Part shown: positions 55,014-64,000 of the stretch, piece by piece | Layout: every line of letters begins with the position of its first letter | Position numbering within the stretch: the stretch's first letter is position 1 | Source: Octopus vulgaris | Lineage: Eukaryota | DNA: 64,000 nucleotides | Assembly: GCA_951406725.2 (NCBI GenBank) | Contig: OX597828.1 | Span: 28,210,001-28,274,000, forward strand | Direction: 5' to 3' | Translations under genes and position numbers: made by a program | The notes under the pieces: generated by a model | Told to the model about the DNA's origin: nothing | The model's input: only the letters and a program-made list of their open reading frames with translations | Databases searched by the model: none

Positions 55014-56037
55014 CACCAATCACTTTTAAATTCCCTAAAAAATATATTATTTCTCAAATGCTTTAGATTGTTCTTTTGGGGGGAGTTACATGAACTACTA
55101 CTACTGATGATGATGATGATGCTGATGCTGCTGCTGCTGATGAAGACGACGACGACGTGTGTGTGTGTAGTTCTTGCATGAAACTCAAGTTATGAGACAA
55201 ACTCTTTGTTTCATTTCCAATTAATAAAAAAAAACATCCTCTACAGTATTGAGTACTCCTATCTCGTTCATCCAAAATAAACTATGTGCATAATTGTGTG
55301 TGGGTGTAGAGAGAGAGGGAAATAAATAGACATGCATACATTTATAGACTGTATCTCTCTCTGTCTCTCTTTCTATCTATCTATCTATCCATCTATCTAT
55401 CTATCTTTTCTGTCTCGTTCTCTTCATCTTTCACTCACTTTCTCCCTCTGGTATAAACAGTCCAAATTTATCAGAAATAAGAATAATGCTTATCTCCAAA
55501 AGATATCTTCCTAGTTTACCTCCCAGCTATGGTCAACAGCTCTCTCCCTCTCTCTCTCTCTCTCTCTGTCTGTCTCTCTCTCTCTCCTCTCTCTGTCCCC
55601 CCTCTCTCTCTGGTAGCTGGTTCAGCAACTTAATGATATACCACATATTAATAGTGCATTCCATTTCCTCATTCCAGCTTTATTATGGTTATGATGACTT
55701 ATTTTAAGATTTCGGAACTTTCCTCTCACTTGCTTCCAACCTAATTTCTTCTATAATTAGCCCTGACTTCGCTATACTACCTTCCTACCCTTCCACGTCA
55801 TCTGTGAATCAGAGAACTTCACTTGAAAGTTAAATAATCTGTCCTTTCCTATGAACCTCACTCAATTTCTAAAGGAAATTTTGTAACCTATGGCATTTGA
55901 ACAAATGTAGACTCTCGCAATTCACTTTACTGGCTCATAATTGAAGACTAAGTGCTTTGATGGCTTGTCAATTCCTACAACCATGTACTTACATGCACAC
56001 ATGTATACAAATATGCATGCACACTAACCATGCAGAT

Positions 56038-56068
<31 letters not shown>

Positions 56069-56719
56069 GCATGCAGATTACGCATATGCTTCTATGTTCG
56101 TCTGTGTATGTGGGGGTGTGTATGTGTGTGCATATATGGATTGATATTCCATTGTATGTGTTTACATGTATTCATATATAAGCAATCACATAATCCTACA
56201 TGTCAACAGACAAGCACCACAAAGAGTAATAAATCTATTAGAATCTTTCTTTTTTTTTTATATATTATCTGCAGAATTTTTATTTACTTATTTTATTACT
56301 TTTTAATTTTTTTTGGCCATTTTTTTTTTTTTTTATTGGTTTCCTTTTAATTGATGGCAATCACAAAATATTTACCAATCAAAGCCTTGAAACTTCAAAA
56401 ATAAACATCTCTTTGATTCAGAAGCAGATTTTTACCTCTGCTTTACCTTATGTTAACGTCATCATCAGCATTTTAAAGTTTGCTTTTCCATGCTAGCATG
56501 GATCAGACAGAATTTGTTGAAGCAGATTTTCTACGTGTGGATTCTCTTCCTGTCACCAATACTCACCTGTATCCAAGTAAGGTAAAGAATTTTCCCCATG
56601 GCCAGACATATTTTTCACAGAACATTGGAAACAAAGGACACCACTGTACAGCAGTGACACTTGTTTACAATTGTCCTGTGATGTCAAGACAAGGAGACAC
56701 CAATTCAAATGCCACCCCT

Positions 56720-56761
<42 letters not shown>

Positions 56762-57384
56762 ACACGAGCTGTTTTTCAGTTTTTATATACCAAATCTACT
56801 TGCAAAACTCTGGTTAGTCTGGGACTATAGTAGAAGACATTGCCCTAGGTGCCATGCAATAGAACTGAACCTAGAACCATGTGATTGGGATACGAGCTGC
56901 TTAACCTCACAGCCCACACCTGTACCTAAAATTTCAAAGAAGTCTAGCAAACCATCCTCATAACCTGGCTTTAATTTCTGTAGAAGTACGACATGGATGA
57001 ACATCTACACTTCTTTTACCATGTCACTAAAAATATTAGTCTTGGTGATTCTTTACAAAAGACAATACCAAACCATAGAGTGTAGCATCCATGAGACAAA
57101 ACATTAAATCCAGGTCATCACAAAAGGTACATTTGTTTTTTAGCATTTTTCAGCTTCTTTTTTACATGTTTCAGTCATTGGACAGCAACCATCTTGGGAC
57201 ACTGCCTCAATGTTTTTAATTGAATAAATCAACTCCGGTACATATATTTCAAGCCTGGTACCTATTCCATCAACCCCCTTTTGTTGAACCAAGATATGGA
57301 GGACATAAAATAACCCATACTAGTTGTCAATCAGTGAGTGGAGGATAAGATAGACACATACACATACACACGCATATATATATA

Positions 57385-57698
57385 TCACCGTGATCACCGT
57401 GACCGACCAGACTATCAGATGTTGCTACACATCGCTGGTCACAATGCGCTTCACATTGTTTTAGCCTTCAAACGACACCACCCCGCTGGCTAAGCGAGCA
57501 GGCCAACAGAAGAAAGAATGAGAGAAAGTTGTGGCAAAAATGTACAGCAGGGATCGCTACCACCCCCTGCCAGAGCCTCATGGAGCTTTAGGTGTTTTTC
57601 GCTCAATAAACACTCACAACGCTCCATCTGGGAATCGAAACCGCGACCCTACAACTGCGAGTCCGCTGCCCTAACCACTGGGCCATTTCACCTCCACA
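57385..57698 (-). mobile_element. Young tRNA-derived SINE (third family) nested in a family B SINE
   Basis: Reverse complement: gtggaggtgaaatggcccagtggttagggcagcggactcg...ggtttcgattccc (A and B boxes); tail ggtcacggtgatcacggtga. Confidence 0.88.
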
Positions 57699-58030
57699 CA
57701 CATATATATATATGTTGGGCTTCTACACTGTTTCCCTCAACTAAACTCACTCACAAGGCTTTAGTTAACCTGGGACTATAGCAGAAGAGATTTGTCCAAG
57801 GTGCTGTGTAGTGAGACTGAACCTGAAACCATATGATTGCAACGTGAGCTTTTTAATCACACAACTTATGCTTGCACCTATGAAAGCAAATATTTCTTAG
57901 AAAGTCCAGATTTTCTTTTAGATAGACAGATTCTACAACCAATGAGATTTTAAGTCCACTGTTTTGTTTGAAGAACAAAAAAAATCACTTGTCCTTTAGT
58001 TTTCTATGTTCTCATGAGTCAAATCCATAT

Positions 58031-58243
58031 TCTTTTCTCCTCTAGGCACAAGACATGAAATTTTTGGGGAGGGAGCTACTTAATTAGATCAACCCCAGTA
58101 CACAACTGGTACTTAATTTATTGACCCCAAAAGGATGAAAGGCAAAGTCGACCACAGTGGAATTTGAACTCAGAACATAAAACAGACAAAATACCACTAA
58201 GCATTTCACTTGGCGTGCTAACGTTTCTACCAGCTCACCACCT
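58031..58243 (-). mobile_element. SINE family A
   Basis: aaaggatgaaaggcaaagtcgacc...ggaatttgaactcagaac. Confidence 0.85.
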
Positions 58244-58280
58244 TATTAGTTAAGTCCATATTATTGAAGCATTGATTTAC

Positions 58281-58405
58281 AGTAAAGATTATTTGCCAAC
58301 ATAATATAGCAATCCTGGTTTAGGATGAATGTTGTTGTAATTTAGCCCCAGGAGACATTGTTCTAAACCAGGACTGCCATGTTGTGTTGGCAAATAATCT
58401 TTACT
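58281..58405. repeat. Imperfect hairpin/MITE-like element, ~45-bp arms
   Basis: agtaaagattatttgccaacataatatagcaatcctggtttag / ctaaaccaggactgccatgttgtgttggcaaataatctttact. Confidence 0.9.
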
Positions 58406-58529
58406 CTAGAGTACTGTTATTGAATGTCTCTTGTTGAGAGATTTACAAATAGTAATTTCCATTGGCTTACAGCTGGACACTTTTCATATCACTAACCTTT
58501 ACCTGTTTTTCAAGTAAAAGATTAATTTT

Positions 58530-58665
58530 ATTCCACACAAATCCAAACGTTAAAAGCTATCACCGACAAGAAATTTGTGGTGCACCTGAGCAATTGTGGT
58601 GCACCTGAGCAGTTGTGGTGCACCTGAGCACTGTATACAATAATTTCATTATTATTATTATTATA
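58530..58665 (+). mobile_element. CR1-type LINE extreme 3' end with triplicated 19-nt unit
   Basis: ttgtggtgcacctgagca x3, then ctgtatacaataatttc(att)n. Confidence 0.65.
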
Positions 58666-59037
58666 AAAAACATTCATCATTTCTACCTCGCTGTTTGTAT
58701 GAGTGTTTGTACTCAGCGAATGCTGCTGCTGCACCACCTTAAAGAGTTTAGTCAAAGAAATCGTCACCAGTGCATATTGATCTCTGCTGCCAAAGCATTA
58801 AGTTATGGGAACGTAAACAAACCAACACCGGTTGTCAAGTGGTAGTGGGAGGACAAGTACTAGTGCAAAGACACACATAGCAGGCTTCCTCGTTGTTTCT
58901 CTCTGCCAACTTCATTTACAAGGCATTGGTCAGCTTTGGGGTTGTAGTAAGAGACACTTGCCCAAGGTACCACATTGTGGGACTGAACTTGAAACCAAAA
59001 CAAGCTTCTTAACCACACAGCCATTCCTACCAATATT

Positions 59038-59270
59038 TATTTCTTCATTGGCCACAGGGGGTTAAACATAGAGGGGACAAACAAGGACAGACAAAGGGAT
59101 TAAGTCGATTACATCGACCCCAGTGCTTAACTGGTATTTAATTTATCGACCCCGAAAGGATGAAAGGCAAAGTCGACCTCGGCAGAATTTGAACTCAGAA
59201 CGTAATGGCAGATGAAATACCACTGAGCATTTCGCCTGGTGTGCTAACGTTTCTGCCAGCTCGCTGCCTT
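59038..59270 (-). mobile_element. SINE family A
   Basis: Near-identical to the reverse complement of 36967-37200. Confidence 0.9.
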
Positions 59271-59927
59271 AATATTGGTCCTACCAACAATATTGGTCTC
59301 TGCAAGCATATAGCTTGAATCTATAAAATGAATTCCTAAGGCATTGGTTGTCCTGCAGCTACAGTAAAAGATTCTTGTCCAAGGTACCATACAGTGGAAA
59401 TGAACCTCAGAATACTCGATTGGTTGGAAAGCAAAGAAACTAACCTCACAGCCACATACCAGCACCATATAAAATCATATATTTCTTTATTTCTATTTCA
59501 GATTTCTTTTCTGAACATCTTCCCTCTCCTTCGAAAAGTTTTGAACTCGTAATATTAAATACTTGCCAATATGCAACACTTCTTTGTTGTTGTTGTTGTT
59601 GATGTTGTTGTGACCACAGCAGTTGCCATTCTCTGTTGAGCGTACAGCAGTGCCTTCCATTCAAACTAGCTGAGTATAAACAGTCAGACATTGATCAGAA
59701 GGCTTCTCTATCAAAGCACCATTGTTGAATATATATTAAAAGTGTAAACAAAATTTATTCATTTCATTCCTATATTTCATTTTCTTCTAAGTTAGTTGTC
59801 CTGAATAGCTTGCTTGCAGAAGAAAACATTATTTATTTATTCTTCCTACTGGAAGGAGAAAATAGCATAAAGCATAAAGAAAGTTCCAGTGTTTGTTGAC
59901 ATGTTTAGGGTTTCATTTTTTAGAGAC

Positions 59928-60350
<423 letters not shown>

Positions 60351-63300
60351 CTTAGATGTACGCATATCTGTGTGTTTGTAGGATATGGATGCATTTATAC
60401 ATTTATGTATAGCTATATGTTATATGTATGGACATGTGAGTACACATACATATTTATATAAATCTGTGTATGTGCATGGATGCATCTTGTGCGTGTGTGT
60501 ATGCACACATGCGTACACACATGTATAAGTATATATAAATGTATGCATATGTTGTGTATTTAATGTGTTGACATGTGATTATACACAGATATGCATGCAT
60601 ATACATACACACATACAGACATATATATATATATATATGTGTATGTGTGCATTCATGTCTGTGTGTACATGTTAGCAGATATGTGTTTATACTTGTATGT
60701 GTAGATATAATTATATACATTTATAACTGCATCTATCTATCTATATATTTATATAATATATATACACACATATATATATAAACACGCACACACATATACA
60801 TTCACATACATACATACATTTTTGCATACACGTTTGTGTATGTTTTTGCAGTTGTGGGAGTTTCTGCATTTATTTTCTGAAGATAGTTTCTTATTCTCTC
60901 TATAATTGTCCTTACTAAACACATAGCTTGTCTTTTTTTATATTTATCTATTTATTTATTGTGAGTAGAAAGAATAAAAAAGAAAATTGTAATATTTGGC
61001 TTATGTATGCTCCATTGGTGCATGAAGCCATAGAAAAAAATTAAGCCCATGTTGGAATTTTCCCAGTGATATAGGCAAAATTTTTCTTGGAATACCATTG
61101 GCTCTACGATTCATTCCCAGTTCTTTCACTTGGTCTATTGAAAAATATTTGTGCTCTATGAAATACTATTCTGGAAACATTGAATTATATTGGTCTTGAA
61201 ATCTTTTGCCATTGTCTTTAGAACATTCTTGAGACTAGCCTTTCCTTTTCCTTCTTTTAATTGTGTGTGTGTGTGTGCCGTTGTTATTGTATTCTCAGCT
61301 TATATATTTAACGTGTAGAATAGCTGTCACCATAAGCACTATTATTTTGGCTTCAGCAAATTTCACCCCTCACCTAAGCATTTTTTTCTTATATTTTGAT
61401 AAATTTTTGAGCATTGTTTGTTATGCCAGCAGCATTTCAGATTTTTTTGAAAATCATACATGCGCATGCACACACACACAAACACACACACACGCACACA
61501 CATACAGAAGAATAGCAACGTAACCAATCATAATACTTGTTTATTTCAAAATACTTTGTTTTGTATTGAAATTCTTCAATTTCAAATTTTTCTTGATAAA
61601 TTTCAATGCCAGGTTAATTTAATTTTATATTTAATTTTGTTCTGCTTTTTATATTTAAATTCTTTTTTAAAAAAAATGTTCTGTTGTGGGAGATTTTTTT
61701 TCTTCATTTTTTTTCTTTGCATTTCTTTCTCTGGTTAGAGAACCACCTGCCATTTTAGCGCAAGTATGTATTGCGACTACAAATTTGCTGGTGCATAATT
61801 ATGGTAAAACAAAACAAATATTCTTGCACTCATTATGTTATGCTTTTCTGTTGCTAGTTTTTTTTTTTGTTTTAATTACATTTGTTTATTTATGTTTTAC
61901 GCTTCTCTTTGAAGGTAATTTATCTTGGTTTTCTATAGTTTAAACTACTTGGGTAATTAATGGTATTATTCCATCATGTTCTTTAGAAACTCTTACATCT
62001 GTGTTTTGTAAATATACATATATATGTGTGTGCATGAATACGTATATATATATATATATATATATATGCATGTGTGTGTGTGTATATATATACACACATA
62101 TATATATGTAAGAATATATGTATGTATATATTATGTATATATCTATATGTATGTATATTTATATATGCATGCACATATATGTTTATATATATGTATATCT
62201 ATATATGTATTTACATATATATATATATATGAATGTATGTGTATTATGTTTATATGTATATACATATATGTTTATATGTATATACATATATGTATATATG
62301 TAAGTACATATATGTATGTTATGTGTTTGTTTATATAGATGTGTATGTGTGGGTGTATGAATGTTTGTATTTGTATTTGTTTTTAAATCATAAATTAATA
62401 AATAATAAATAGATAAACAACCAAACAAACAAAAAAAATGACCATTAGCAGCACTTCTCTCAGAGCAGCTATTATATTCTAATTTAACCATTAATTGTAT
62501 GGTTTTTCACTAAAGACAATAAGTAAAGATTTCTTACACTTTTCTTGTGAATGGTTTGAGAGTCAAACAATGGAATTAATGAAAGAAAAATAACAAAAAA
62601 CAAAAACAAAAAAAGAATCTTGGAAATGATAATAATTTTAATTGGAAACAATGGTAACAAGAAGAATGAGTTGAATACATTCAGCAGCTAATGAATTTTG
62701 TTCATATATTTTAATACAAACTCAATAGCTAAAGTAGACCACTACCTTCTAGTAACTTTTGAACTAAATTAAGGGCATTTTTTCTTTTAACCAACTGACT
62801 TCAATTATAATTTGATAGACCTACATCTTAAAGTATTTATTCGTATATATACTCTACTGCTCATAAATTCAGTTCATATATTTTCATATGTACTCAATGT
62901 CTAAAGCAGAGCTATACTTTGTAGTTACTTTTGAACTCATTCTTTTATTTTTACTTGTTTCAGTCATTAGACTGCAGCTATGCTGGAGCACCACCTTGAG
63001 GAATTTTTAGATGAAGGAATTGTTCCCAGTACCCTTTTTTTTAAAGCTTTGTACTTACTCTATCGGTCTCTTTTGCCAACCTGCTGAGTTATGGGGGTTT
63101 GAATACATCAACACCAGTTGTCAAGCTGTGGTGGGGGACAAACAGATACAAAGACACAGACACACACACACACACATATGATGGATAGCTTCTTTCAGTT
63201 TCCATCTACCAAATCCACTCTCAAAGTTTTGGTTGACTGGAAGCTGTAGTAGAAGTGGAACTGAATCCAGGCAAACGTCTTGCCTCACAGTCATACCTTA

Positions 63301-63639
63301 GGGACAATTTTTTTACCAACTAACTCCAATTTCAATTTGGTTGATGAATCTCTTAAAAGATTCATAGACCAACATAAGCTAAATTTAATTAGATTAATTA
63401 TTAAATAATGACATATGTAGGGTAATATATGTTTCTAACTAATATATTTTAACAAAGAGGTCTTTGGTTATATCCTTCCTACTATTGTAATTTATCCTGT
63501 TTCTTCTTTTAATGTGATCCAAGTTAAAAAAAAACCTTCCATAAAATGATATGTTAAGTTCTATAAACCAGTTTAATAAATAATCACAATTTATTTGACT
63601 CAATTCTTTATTATTTTTCAAAATAAGCTGAAACAGAGA

Positions 63640-63900
63640 AATATAGTAATGAAAGGGTCAAATAACCTCCAAATCTATAAATGCACATACGGTGATGAGA
63701 GGGTCACGACATGGTTTTCAGGATGGATGCAATATGTGAAAATCATGAATTTGAATCCATGTTTTTAGAAATGGTTTTCTATGTTTTGAGCTGGGCACAT
63801 TCTTTCTGCTCTTCTCAATATTAAAATAAGTTCAAATTCCACAATACAGTCAAAATGTGATTGCAAATGTTATGGAATGAAACACGTTTGAAGATCATGC
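63640..63900 (-). mobile_element. Possible very old LINE reverse-transcriptase fragment
   Basis: Minus frames contain KHGF and CAFIDLE, resembling QHGF...FIDLEKAFD; many stops. Confidence 0.3.
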
Positions 63901-63908
63901 AGAAAATG

Positions 63909-64000
63909 TGACTGTGTGGTATGTAGCTTGCTAACCAACCACATGGTTCCGGGTTCAGTCCCACTGCGTGGCATCTTGGGCAAGTGTCTTCTGCTATAGC
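63909..64000 (+). mobile_element. SINE family B 5' end, truncated by window edge
   Basis: ctgtgtggtatgtagcttgctaaccaaccacatggttccgggttcagtcccactgcgtggcatcttgggcaagtgtcttc. Confidence 0.9.

Noticed and set aside
57630-57698. tRNA-like sequence
   Set aside because: It is a SINE head with no proper acceptor stem and continues into SINE body and tail.

Overview
Eukaryotic, very AT-rich, microsatellite-saturated DNA. The repeat families suggest an Octopus (coleoid cephalopod) genome; this is recognition from memory, not a database result. No intact host protein-coding gene is recognisable. Nearly all ORFs in the supplied track are translations of (TA)n/(CA)n/(TTA)n repeats, and the few real-protein ORFs are transposon remnants. 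The window is a nested mosaic of tRNA-derived SINEs, RTE, CR1 and R4/Dong-type LINE 3' ends, Penelope-like elements (PLEs) with GIY-YIG endonuclease fragments, Tc1/mariner remnants, piggyBac-type and other MITEs, and two non-autonomous Helitrons, with islands of unique sequence in between. The most notable signals are: several hammerhead-ribozyme motifs in short PLE-type inserts within (TA)n tracts; a PLE with a 310-bp inverted terminal copy carrying a ribozyme-like motif on each strand; five long fold-back hairpins and other inverted repeats that could form dsRNA; two local templated copies; a twin-priming-like inversion in an RTE tail; and weak evidence for minus-strand spliced exons. Repeat boundaries were read by eye and are approximate unless a TSD or TIR is quoted.
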